From an uncultured Candidatus Saccharibacteria bacterium (GTDB lineage: Bacteria > Patescibacteriota > Minisyncoccia > Phycocordibacterales > UBA9973): a stretch of DNA of 64,000 bases. The notes under the pieces were generated by a model. The model was not told where the DNA came from. It was given only the letters and a program-made list of their open reading frames with translations, and did no database searches. Position numbers and translations under genes: made by a program. Location: assembly GCA_964450735.1 (NCBI GenBank), contig CAYVDC010000007.1:1374-65373 (forward strand), in the 5' to 3' direction. This document shows positions 1 to 8,766 of this stretch, piece after piece. How positions within the stretch are numbered: the first letter of the stretch is position 1; every line of letters starts with the position of its first letter.

Positions 1-893
1 GTGACAACGTCCTGTGCTGAGATCGTGCGGCGTTCCATTTCCTTTGCTTCCATATCTTTGTTGAAGCGCTGGTTGAATCGGAATCGTCCGACCGGTGAAA
101 GGTCGTAACGCTCGGTACCAAAGAGTGAGTTGATGAATTCTTTTGCGTTATCTGCGGTAGCAAGATCGCCGTCGCGGAGTCGCTTGTAGATTTCTGTGTA
201 TGCTTCAGCCAATGTTTTAGCTGGGTCTTTTTCAACCTGGAGCTTGATAGCATCAAAGTGAGTTGAATCCTTGAACGCATTCAAGATTTCTTCATCAGTG
301 TGCAAGCCCAAAACGCGCAACAATGATGTTGCTGGGAATTTTCGCTTCTTGTCGATACGGACAACGAGTGATCCATCAGTATCTGTTTCGATTTCAATCC
401 AAACTCCTCGAGCTGGAATGATTTTTGCACCGAAGTGCTTTTTGCCCTTCAATTCTTCTTCAGTGAAGAAGATACCGAATGAACGCGCGAGCTGCGGAAC
501 GATAACACGTTCTACGCCGTTGATGATGAATGTACCGTGACCAGTCATCAATGGCACATCGGCCATGAAGATTTCCTGCTCTTTGGTTTCGTTCAACATC
601 TTGTTAGTAAGTTTTACGCGAGCTTTGAGCTGTCCTTCGTATGACACCTTGTTTGCTTTTGCGTAATGCTCATCGTACTTCGGTTCACCGAGAGTGAATG
701 AAGTAAAATGAAGCTCGAACTTTTTGCCTGAGTAGTCAGACAACGGAGAAAACTCCTTAAAGACTTCCTTGAATCCTGTCTCCACGAGCCACGCAAATGA
801 CGTGAGCTGCGTTTCGAGAAGATTCGGGAACGGAGCCAATGGCTCCTTGTACTTCGCAAAATACTTTTGCGGCAACGCTGTTCTTTTCGGCAT
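1..893 (-). CDS. rpoB: DNA-directed RNA polymerase beta subunit, N-terminal ~297 aa; gene continues past the left window edge
   Basis: Minus-strand translation from ATG (revcomp of cat at 891-893) reads MPKRTALPQKYFAKYKEPLAPFPNLLETQLTSFAWL...EIFMADVPLMTGHGTFIINGVERVIVPQLARSFGIFF...RIDKKRKFPATSLLRVLG...RYDLSPVGRFRFNQRF, colinear with the RpoB N-terminal domain. It is not in the ORF track because it is open at the window edge. Confidence 0.85.
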   Translation of the reverse strand, partial: MPKRTALPQKYFAKYKEPLAPFPNLLETQLTSFAWLVETGFKEVFKEFSPLSDYSGKKFELHFTSFTLGEPKYDEHYAKANKVSYEGQLKARVKLTNKMLNETKEQEIFMADVPLMTGHGTFIINGVERVIVPQLARSFGIFFTEEELKGKKHFGAKIIPARGVWIEIETDTDGSLVVRIDKKRKFPATSLLRVLGLHTDEEILNAFKDSTHFDAIKLQVEKDPAKTLAEAYTEIYKRLRDGDLATADNAKEFINSLFGTERYDLSPVGRFRFNQRFNKDMEAKEMERRTISAQDVV

Positions 894-1100
894 AATATGC
901 TGTTCCAGAGGAAAAACGCCGGAGAGCTCTAAAATAAAAAAACTCGAAAGAAGGCTAGAACTTTCGGGAATTCGATTTTAGAGGGTGCACGAGGTTTGGT
1001 TCCTCAAGAATATAAACGTTTTAGTGTTAATAACACCAAAGCGAGGACGTAACTCATTCGTGCTTTAGTAATACTATATTACTCTATTTAGCAGAAAAAG

Positions 1101-1133
1101 TCAATAAAAACGGCGCCGAGGTTCCCCGGCGCC
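1101..1133 (-). terminator. Rho-independent terminator downstream of plsC
   Basis: GC hairpin GGCGCCG-aggttcc-CGGCGCC, followed on the minus strand by TTTTTATTGAC. Confidence 0.5.
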
Positions 1134-1159
1134 TTATACAATATAGTGATATTTCTATT

Positions 1160-1966
1160 TTACACTGGTGCAATAGTGCTTGCAGGATGCATACAATGCA
1201 TCGCTGCATAAGTATAGTCCCGAAGTTCTTCTGCGGTATTGAACTTTTCTGTACAAATTATATCCCCAAAGTGGACAGTGACGATGCCTGGCTTAATATT
1301 TAAAAAGCCCATATTTGCATTGTTTATTTCGTACAGGTTTTCCATGCATAACGGAAGGATATTCATGTTCGCAGCTCGCGCTAATTCAAAACCTCCGCGT
1401 TTGAAGCGCTGAAGCTTGCCTGTCTTTGTACGCGTTCCTTCGGCAGCAACTAGCAAGTTAAGCCCGTACTCACCGCAAAGCACCGCAACATCAAGCATAC
1501 TCTGTCGATCGCCTTTTGGGTCTTTGCCATTTCGTTCTACGGGAACAACAAAGAGTAATCTAATTACATCACCAAAAATTGGAATTCTAAAATTTTCCTT
1601 TTTCGATACTGCAGTTACCGGCACGCCATGGAATACATAGCCCCAAACAAACATATCAAGCCACGAAACATGGTTTGAAACGATGATGAGCGGGCTCGTA
1701 TTTGTTGGAAGTTCGCCTTTGATTTCAATTTGTATGCCGAACAAATCCAGCATCTGTTTCGAAAGTTCAAATATCAATTGGTGCGCTTCGCGTATCTTGC
1801 TGTCGCGATCATGTTTCCATATGGCGCTCCTCGCCTGCCGCATAAGCTTAGCGATACGATATGCATGTAGAAGAAAAATACGAATTGCAGTAAAAAATGT
1901 TTTCGCTTTCATAGAAGATTGTTTTTCTGCATATTGGCAATAAAAACTTTGTATGTCAACACACAC
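1160..1966 (-). CDS. plsC: 1-acyl-sn-glycerol-3-phosphate acyltransferase (lysophospholipid acyltransferase)
   Basis: HX4D acyltransferase motif (SNHVSWLD) and AEGTRTKTG motif; length typical. Confidence 0.75.
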   Translation of the reverse strand: MCVDIQSFYCQYAEKQSSMKAKTFFTAIRIFLLHAYRIAKLMRQARSAIWKHDRDSKIREAHQLIFELSKQMLDLFGIQIEIKGELPTNTSPLIIVSNHVSWLDMFVWGYVFHGVPVTAVSKKENFRIPIFGDVIRLLFVVPVERNGKDPKGDRQSMLDVAVLCGEYGLNLLVAAEGTRTKTGKLQRFKRGGFELARAANMNILPLCMENLYEINNANMGFLNIKPGIVTVHFGDIICTEKFNTAEELRDYTYAAMHCMHPASTIAPV

Positions 1967-2022
1967 CGTTTTTTCTTGCTAAATAGAGAAAAATATTGTA
2001 CTTTTAAAAAAAATATAAAACT

Positions 2023-2589
2023 ATGAATCTACTGCAACTTGTTTTTATTCCCATGATCTTGGGAACATTCATTCAAATTGGATTATATTTCAAAACTAAA
2101 ATTACCGTTTGGACCGTACTTCTTTCTTTGGCATTAGGCCTGTTTGTAACAATTCTATTTTTTCAGGCTCAAAACAATTTCTACATCAGCGATTTTTTCT
2201 ACCCTCGCGACGGCCTAAGCTACTATCTGCAAATCATCATCAGCTTGGCGCTCTTTATTGCAGTAATAAATTTCTCCAATAAAACCGACTTACGCTCGGA
2301 GAAACAAATCGCAATGGATACATTCAAAGCTATTTTTGACAGCATTGAAAAAACTAACGATGATTGTCTAACAAAAGATCAGATAGCTGAACTGATAGAA
2401 GATCCGGAGATACACGGCTTCAAAGACCATGTGGAATACACAAAGCAAATTGGAGACCGGTATTCAATACTGCTTCACGCAAAAGACCATAACGAAAAGA
2501 AGGCATGCTTTCTGCTTGAACTTCGTAAAAACGGAGACTTGGCGGCTAGCTGGAATTCAACTGGCGGATTCATTGACTGGGCGCAATAA
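2023..2589 (+). CDS. hypothetical membrane protein (N-terminal TM helices plus soluble C-terminal domain)
   Basis: ORF with hydrophobic N-terminus; followed by a clear terminator. Confidence 0.45.
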   Translation: MNLLQLVFIPMILGTFIQIGLYFKTKITVWTVLLSLALGLFVTILFFQAQNNFYISDFFYPRDGLSYYLQIIISLALFIAVINFSNKTDLRSEKQIAMDTFKAIFDSIEKTNDDCLTKDQIAELIEDPEIHGFKDHVEYTKQIGDRYSILLHAKDHNEKKACFLLELRKNGDLAASWNSTGGFIDWAQ

Positions 2590-2614
2590 CACATACATAT
2601 CTAGAATGCAAAAA

Positions 2615-2643
2615 CGGGAACCACAGGTTCCCGCTTTTTTTAT
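2615..2643 (+). terminator. Rho-independent terminator
   Basis: CGGGAACC-acag-GGTTCCCG hairpin followed by CTTTTTTTAT. Confidence 0.6.
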
Positions 2644-2655
2644 ATTCAGATTGTA

Positions 2656-3639
2656 TTAGTAACACTTCCCAGAAGCCGGGAGCAGTGAAGTTTCTTTTGC
2701 AGTTCCGTTATTGTCTGCGCAATAGTACTTGGTCGATTCTGCCATAAGTTTTGAGTAAACGGCAATATTCTTTTCTGTCGCTGAACAATGCAAGCGTGGA
2801 CCGTTGTGCTCAATATTTGAAGCAATAGTTTTTAGCATGGTCGCAGGCGAAATATCTTCGAGAGTATTAACCGGACAAACATCTGTATATGGACGTACTC
2901 CATCTGTTTCAATTTCAACTTGCGCGAGCGCGCTTACAACGCCTGCCTTGATGGCAGCATCTTGTCCGCGAGTTCGAGCAGTAGAAAGTGAAGCAAGAAC
3001 GATCGAAGCAAGTATTCCTATGATTGCAAATACACCGATAGCAATTGCGGCGATCACGATCCAATTATTTGATTTTTCACTTTTCAGACTATCAAGATCG
3101 ATGCTTTTTACATCCACTTCTGTGTAGTCCGCCGGAACAACTAAGGTCTTTGTTAGACGATCATGCCATCCTCGTGGATGAGAACCAACCAAGAAAGAAA
3201 ACGGTTCGAACGGAATAAATCGGCAAAGCGTTCGAAGTAATACTGTTGTAAAACCCGGTTCTGTTCCGTCCATCATGACGACTTTTGTTTTGGTAATCCA
3301 TTTTCCTGGGGTACGCGCCCACATGCTTTCAAAGAAGAGATGATAGCCACCGAGAACTGAAACGGCCACGATCCATCCTGAATTTTCACCAAAAAGAGCA
3401 AAGAGTGCGAGCCCGATCGCGTATGCGCCGATTCTATCGATGAAATAGTTAGCCAATCTTCGTCCCGAGGAAGCTGGCTTTTTCTGCTTAAGCAATTCTT
3501 CTTTTAATTGCTTTGCAGCATCGAGAGTAAGAGGATTCCCGCATGAGCTGCAAAATTTCGATTCCCCTTCTATTTTATTTCCACATTTCTGGCAGAACAT
3601 ATTATTTGTCTTTTTGTGCTCGTACCTTGTATCGAACAT
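2656..3639 (-). CDS. RDD-family membrane protein with N-terminal zinc-ribbon and C-terminal Cys-containing extracytoplasmic domain
   Basis: N-terminal CxxC...CxxC (FCQKCGN...CSSCGN); central block RRLANYFIDRIGAYAIG...ARTPGKWITKTKVV typical of the RDD domain. Confidence 0.65.
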   Translation of the reverse strand: MFDTRYEHKKTNNMFCQKCGNKIEGESKFCSSCGNPLTLDAAKQLKEELLKQKKPASSGRRLANYFIDRIGAYAIGLALFALFGENSGWIVAVSVLGGYHLFFESMWARTPGKWITKTKVVMMDGTEPGFTTVLLRTLCRFIPFEPFSFLVGSHPRGWHDRLTKTLVVPADYTEVDVKSIDLDSLKSEKSNNWIVIAAIAIGVFAIIGILASIVLASLSTARTRGQDAAIKAGVVSALAQVEIETDGVRPYTDVCPVNTLEDISPATMLKTIASNIEHNGPRLHCSATEKNIAVYSKLMAESTKYYCADNNGTAKETSLLPASGKCY

Positions 3640-3883
3640 AGTCGATCACAGCGAAACCAAGCGTGATAAATCCAAGAATAGCCAGGCTTGAACCGAGCAC
3701 TACTGCGTTTTCAAACGTAGCGATAAATCGTAACAAGATATAGCACGCGAAGAACGAAAGTATTGACACAATAATAAGCAAGTCATGCTTGAGGTGCGCG
3801 TCGATCTTTTCAAAATGATTATTCATGCTCATAGAGAGATAGTTTTTATAATAATTGGCGATCGTCAGAACGCCGTAATACAT
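3602..3883 (-). CDS. small hypothetical membrane protein
   Basis: 93-aa ORF with two hydrophobic segments; overlaps the start of the RDD gene; weak support. Confidence 0.25.
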   Translation of the reverse strand: MYYGVLTIANYYKNYLSMSMNNHFEKIDAHLKHDLLIIVSILSFFACYILLRFIATFENAVVLGSSLAILGFITLGFAVIDYVRYKVRAQKDK

Positions 3884-3936
3884 GTGGAGTATAACGTAGA
3901 GAGATTCAAAAATCCATAGCGGAGTTTAGAAAAAAT

Positions 3937-4626
3937 TTAGATTTTGCTTCGCTTCCATTCTTCTATCTTTTTGTGGTCTCCAGATTTCAATACTTCTGGC
4001 ACTGCATACTTTTTTTTCTTCCATTCGAGAACCTCTGGACGGGTATAAAATTCTGGCGATGACACGCGTTCTTCTTCTCGCGAATCAAAATTGCCGAGAA
4101 CTCCCGGTATCTGGCGTGACATACAATCAATAAGAATCATCGCAGGAAGTTCGCCCCCGGTAAGAACATAGTTTCCAATTGAAACATCTTCTGGCTTCAA
4201 GATCTTTTGAACGCGGGCGTCAATTCCTTCGTAGCGGCCAGAAATCATGACGACATCGGTGTATTTCGCAGCATTTGTCTTTGCATACTCTGTATCAAAC
4301 AATTTTCCAGACGGACTGAAAAAAATGATTTTTACTTTCGGCTTCTTTGCTTTTGTCTTTGAAATTTTCGTCAGGGCCTTGTCTACTGCTTTCAAAACTG
4401 GCTCAGCGCGCATGATCATACCCGGACCGCCGCCATATGGTCGGTCATCAACCACGCGAGAAACGTTGCCGTCCGGCCAAACTTTTTTGTATTTACCAGT
4501 AACAAAGTCGCGCGGATTGTAAAAGCTGATCTTGATCAGCTTTGATTTGATCGCGCGTCCAATAATAGACTCGGCGAGGTATGAATCGAATGATTCGGGA
4601 AATAATGTGATGATATGGAAATGCAT
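3937..4626 (-). CDS. trmD: tRNA (guanine37-N1)-methyltransferase TrmD (start placed at internal Met MHFHIITLFPE)
   Basis: MHFHIITLFPESF...GGGPGMIM...ISGRYEGIDARV...VLTGGELPAM are TrmD SPOUT signatures. The longer ORF in the track (to 4770) overlaps the upstream KH-protein gene, so the later start at 4626 is preferred. Confidence 0.85.
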   Translation of the reverse strand: MHFHIITLFPESFDSYLAESIIGRAIKSKLIKISFYNPRDFVTGKYKKVWPDGNVSRVVDDRPYGGGPGMIMRAEPVLKAVDKALTKISKTKAKKPKVKIIFFSPSGKLFDTEYAKTNAAKYTDVVMISGRYEGIDARVQKILKPEDVSIGNYVLTGGELPAMILIDCMSRQIPGVLGNFDSREEERVSSPEFYTRPEVLEWKKKKYAVPEVLKSGDHKKIEEWKRSKI

Positions 4627-4655
4627 GTATCTATAGACTATAGAATGTAAGGGAA

Positions 4656-4679
4656 AATGCAAGTAAAAATCCCCTTTCG
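4656..4679. terminator. bidirectional hairpin (terminator/attenuator) between KH-protein gene and trmD
   Basis: AAAAATCCCC-tttc-GGGGATTTTT. Confidence 0.45.
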
Positions 4680-4702
4680 GGGATTTTTGCAATTCTTTTG
4701 AA

Positions 4703-5011
4703 TTAGAGGTTTTTGAGATCTTCCATCGCTTCGTCAACTGCTGACGTAGGATTTGCTGATTTCGTTCCACCTTCTGGTTCGTTGATCTTGAGATTAACGC
4801 GAGCGTTATTCTTCATACCAATGACTCGGAGGAGTGTTCGGATAGCTTTTGCTGTGTTTCCCATGCGGCCGATGATCTTGCCCATATCTGCTGGGTTTAC
4901 TGAAAGAGTGATCAATACGCCCATTTCGTCAACGACGCGATCGATTTTTACATCATTAGGGTTGTCTACCAATGCTTTTACAACGTACTCGAGAAATGCC
5001 TTATCATCCAT
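4703..5011 (-). CDS. KH-domain RNA-binding protein (UPF0109/YlqC-like), usual neighbour of rpsP
   Basis: GKIIGRMGNTAKAIRTLL is the KH GXXG loop; gene order rpsP-KH-trmD is conserved in many bacteria. Confidence 0.7.
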   Translation of the reverse strand: MDDKAFLEYVVKALVDNPNDVKIDRVVDEMGVLITLSVNPADMGKIIGRMGNTAKAIRTLLRVIGMKNNARVNLKINEPEGGTKSANPTSAVDEAMEDLKNL

Positions 5012-5173
5012 ATCGTTCTTATATGTAAACTTGTAATCTGTAAGTGGGGCGACTGTTTCCCCGCTTATCTAATGAGTATACAATTTTTTGGACACCACCG
5101 CAATATATATTCTTATTATCATGACCATGAAAAAATAAAATGCGCTCGATTTCTCGGCGCATTTTATTTTTTA

Positions 5174-5491
5174 TTATGCCTGCTTCAATTCTTTTCGCTT
5201 CTTCGTAGGAGCCTTCTTGGAGAGAACGTTTACTTTCTTTCCTTCGATGATCTTCTCGTGAACGAGGAAGTTGTGAACAGTGTCAGAGAGCTGAGCTCCT
5301 TTGCTGATCCATTCCTTGATTCGATCTGCCTTGAATGAAGTTCGGTTTTCCTTGAGCTTTGGGCTGTAGGTTCCGAGGATTTCTAAAAATCGTCCGCTTT
5401 TTGCTGCATTCTTGTGGTCGGTCAAAACTACTCGGAAAGCCGGGTCGTTCTTGCGTCCAATGCGCTGTAATCTGATCATTAACATAGGCAC
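5174..5491 (-). CDS. rpsP: 30S ribosomal protein S16
   Basis: MLMIRLQRIGRKNDPAFRVV...GRFLEILGTYSP matches the S16 N-terminal consensus. Confidence 0.85.
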   Translation of the reverse strand: MPMLMIRLQRIGRKNDPAFRVVLTDHKNAAKSGRFLEILGTYSPKLKENRTSFKADRIKEWISKGAQLSDTVHNFLVHEKIIEGKKVNVLSKKAPTKKRKELKQA

Positions 5492-5573
5492 TATCTTATC
5501 AGAATATCGGCATATGTCAACCCGTAACTTTTAGGCAAAAAAATAAGCCTCCCCTTTCGGTTTGGCTTATAAG

Positions 5574-6530
5574 CTATATAACTTCAATTTCCATTAATTC
5601 CCTTAAAAGTCCGGTATTACTTCCGGCGAGAGTTTTTTTATGGTCATCGGTAGCGAATCCTGTTTTGGCGATGGAACATGCAACACCTTGGTCTTTGTTA
5701 CTCTTATCCCACAGTACCATCATCTCATCAATCGAGAAAAGTTTTGTTTCAACTCCACGTGATACTACTGGCCAGTGATGCCCAGATGCTTCCAAAACTT
5801 TTTCAACTTGCTCTCTGGAAAGTACTGCGGTTTTAATCATGGCTTGTAGCGCGTGATTGTGGTTGTAACTTAGCTTTCCTAAAAACAAGATCGAAATCAA
5901 CGTACCAGCAGAAAATTTCCTTTGTGTAACAGCCAATTCAACTGCTTTTGTGTGGAAGTTGCTTCTCGAAATTATTTTAAGCATTTCATCCGTAGAAATT
6001 TTTTCCCACTCTACTAACTCTGAAATTGCTTTTTTGAAAAAATCACACACCTCACGGTGTCTGAATTTCTGTTCGCCCAAAGCTTTTATTTCATAGTCAT
6101 CGGTAATTTTTTCAGCAATTCTAAACAATTCATCCGCAATGCGCACTTCTGACATTTCTTGTACAGCCAGCATTCCTTTTCTTAGTGCGATGGCAACTGC
6201 TTCAGTAACACAGAATGGTAAATGTTCGTCATTGAGTAGTAAGTAAAGCATTTCATTTTCTGTAAGGTTGCCGGTGTTAATGATAGCAACAGCAACTGGC
6301 CATTTTTGTTTTGCTTTTGAGTAAATCTCCAAAAGCTGTTTTCCTGAATACTTAGAATAGCTGAGCTGCCAATTTGTTTGTGTTGCAGCCATCATTGGAA
6401 TTTCAAAAAAGTCGGTATCGTCAAATTGGTTAGACAAGGCAAATTCTATCAATTCTTCATTAGTAAATTTGCTTTGGTCTTTTAATTGCAGTAGTTCAAA
6501 AATTTTTTTTGGGTTTAATGCTTGTTCCAT
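5574..6530 (-). CDS. hypothetical protein (318 aa, no recognisable domain)
   Basis: Long uninterrupted ORF with good coding texture; no motif recognised. Confidence 0.5.
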   Translation of the reverse strand: MEQALNPKKIFELLQLKDQSKFTNEELIEFALSNQFDDTDFFEIPMMAATQTNWQLSYSKYSGKQLLEIYSKAKQKWPVAVAIINTGNLTENEMLYLLLNDEHLPFCVTEAVAIALRKGMLAVQEMSEVRIADELFRIAEKITDDYEIKALGEQKFRHREVCDFFKKAISELVEWEKISTDEMLKIISRSNFHTKAVELAVTQRKFSAGTLISILFLGKLSYNHNHALQAMIKTAVLSREQVEKVLEASGHHWPVVSRGVETKLFSIDEMMVLWDKSNKDQGVACSIAKTGFATDDHKKTLAGSNTGLLRELMEIEVI

Positions 6531-6695
6531 TGGAAGTATATTTATATTTATATTTAGAGATATTCTCTACTTTAGGCATGCTTACAACCTGCGCAAAGTA
6601 GAGAATATTTCCGTTTTCAAAGAATAGAGATTTGAGAATTATAGCATACTTAATTAAGTATGTCAAAGTGACTCTATATATGGTATAGTAGTGGA

Positions 6696-8756
6696 GTGAA
6701 AAACCAACAAAAACCCCACCAAAACACTACTGGGCACCATACTGCAAAACCAGCTCACAACGGCAAAAAAGGTTCTCAGAAAAGAACAAACACTGGCGCT
6801 AAAAAATTCCATCATGCAACACCTGCGCACAAACAGCACAAAGGCCCGTCTATAAAATCCGGCACTCCCCTTGTCGGAACACTTTTGGTATCTGCACGCG
6901 GATACGGAAATGTCAGATTGCCTGACCAGAAAGAAAACATCAGCATCGACCCATCAGAACTAAACACAGGACTTCACGGCGATACAGTAGAAGTAGTCAT
7001 CGATACAAAAACAAAACGCTACCCCACTGCAAAGGTCACCAAGGTTATTTCGAGAGGCAAAGTTGGATTTACTGGCGTGCTTACGCAGACCGATGGTGTC
7101 TATCAGCTCAAAGCTGACGATCCACGCATGTATCGCACCATGATCATCCCAAAAGATGCTCTCCACGGAGCAAAAGCTGGTGAAAAAGTATTTTGTGAAA
7201 TTACTAAATGGGAAGATGCAAAAGCAGAACCGATTGGTAAAGTTTCAAAAATTCTCGGCATGCCCGGACATAACAATGCTGAAATGACAGGTATCGCTCT
7301 CGAGCGTGGATTCTCTGCTGACTTCCCTCGCGATATTGAGATGGAGGCAAATGAACTTGCAGAAAAAGGAATCACTGCCGATGAAATTGCCGGCCGCCGC
7401 GATATGCGAAACGTTCCGACATGCACCATCGACCCAGTCGACGCAAAAGACTTCGATGACGCCCTCTCAGTAAAAGCGCTTCCAGATGGAAACTATGAGA
7501 TCGGCATCCACATCGCCGATGTGTCTCACTATGTTCGTCCAGGGACTGCACTTGATCGCGAAGCTCTCGCTCGTGCGACTTCGGTGTATCTTGTTGACCG
7601 AACGATCCCCATGCTTCCTGAAGCACTTTCAAACGATCTCTGTAGCTTGAAACCAAACGTTGACCGATTGGCGATGAGCGCTATCCTTACACTCACTCCT
7701 GACGCTCGCATCATCGGAGCGTGGTATGGCAAAACAGTCATACATTCCGCAAAACGATTTGCCTATGAAGAAGCGCAGGTAGTTCTCGAAAGCGGCGTAG
7801 GACCGATGAAGGACGAACTCCTTATTCTCAACACGCTCGCTAAAAAATTGCTTGCTAAGCGAATCGAGGAAGGAACGCTCATCCTCGATACCGACGAAGT
7901 GAAATTCGAGCTCGATGAACATGGAGTTCCAATTCGCGCATACCGAAAAGTTCGCGTCGACGCTCACAAGCTCATCGAAGAATTTATGCTTCTCGCCAAC
8001 AAAAAAGTCGCCGAAGTTTTCAAAGCTGAAGAAAAGAAAGACGGCATCGGCGTCTACCGTATTCACGGACTTCCTGATGCAGACAAGATCGCTGATTTTA
8101 CATTTCTAGTAGAAAATCTTGGCTACAATGTTCCCAAGGGACCGATGACTCCAAAGATATTTGATTCGCTACTCAAAGAACTTGCGGACGCTCCAGAAAA
8201 AGACATGATCACCAGCGTTCTTATACGCTCGATGGCTAAGGCAATCTACTCCACAAAAAATATCGGTCACTTCGGACTTGGCTTCGACGACTACACTCAT
8301 TTCACATCTCCAATCCGCCGATACCCTGACCTCGTTGTACACCGCATGCTTCAAGCAATTCTCACGCATCACTCTATCCGCAGCAAAGATGTAAAGCATT
8401 ATGAAAAAATGATGAATCATTCATCGGAACGCGAGCGCAATGCGGCCGATGCAGAGCGTGCATCTATCAAATACAAACAGGTAGAATACATGATGACACG
8501 CATCGGTTCAGAATATCTCGGCGTCATTACCGGCCTGACTGAACGCGGATTGTTCGTTGAGGAACTCGAAACCAAATCAGAAGGCATGGTACAATTAAAA
8601 GAGCTCGGCAACGACATTTTTGTTCTTGGAGAACGAGACCTCGCTCTTATTGGAAAGAAAACAAAAAAGCGTTTCCGCGTTGGCGATCAGATCAAAATCA
8701 AAGTACTTCGCGCCGACCTTGCTGATCGAGTGATCGACTACGGACTCGCTGCCTAA
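6696..8756 (+). CDS. rnr: ribonuclease R (RNB-family 3'-5' exoribonuclease) with basic N-terminal tail and C-terminal S1 domain
   Basis: RNB motifs CTIDPVDAKDFDDALSV and HFGLGFDDYTHFTSPIRRYPDLVVHR; C-terminal S1-like segment. Confidence 0.9.
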   Translation: MKNQQKPHQNTTGHHTAKPAHNGKKGSQKRTNTGAKKFHHATPAHKQHKGPSIKSGTPLVGTLLVSARGYGNVRLPDQKENISIDPSELNTGLHGDTVEVVIDTKTKRYPTAKVTKVISRGKVGFTGVLTQTDGVYQLKADDPRMYRTMIIPKDALHGAKAGEKVFCEITKWEDAKAEPIGKVSKILGMPGHNNAEMTGIALERGFSADFPRDIEMEANELAEKGITADEIAGRRDMRNVPTCTIDPVDAKDFDDALSVKALPDGNYEIGIHIADVSHYVRPGTALDREALARATSVYLVDRTIPMLPEALSNDLCSLKPNVDRLAMSAILTLTPDARIIGAWYGKTVIHSAKRFAYEEAQVVLESGVGPMKDELLILNTLAKKLLAKRIEEGTLILDTDEVKFELDEHGVPIRAYRKVRVDAHKLIEEFMLLANKKVAEVFKAEEKKDGIGVYRIHGLPDADKIADFTFLVENLGYNVPKGPMTPKIFDSLLKELADAPEKDMITSVLIRSMAKAIYSTKNIGHFGLGFDDYTHFTSPIRRYPDLVVHRMLQAILTHHSIRSKDVKHYEKMMNHSSERERNAADAERASIKYKQVEYMMTRIGSEYLGVITGLTERGLFVEELETKSEGMVQLKELGNDIFVLGERDLALIGKKTKKRFRVGDQIKIKVLRADLADRVIDYGLAA

Positions 8757-8766
8757 CTAATTACCA

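Noticed and set aside
614-981. Two small ORFs (614-859 minus, 769-981 plus) at the rpoB 5' end
   Set aside because: They overlap the confidently identified rpoB N-terminal coding region and promoter in other frames, and their amino-acid composition is Ser/Arg-rich and non-protein-like.
3937-4770. Longer 277-aa form of trmD in the ORF track
   Set aside because: The N-terminal 48 residues overlap the upstream KH-protein gene on the same strand and do not resemble TrmD. The internal Met (MHFHIITLFPE) matches the canonical TrmD start.
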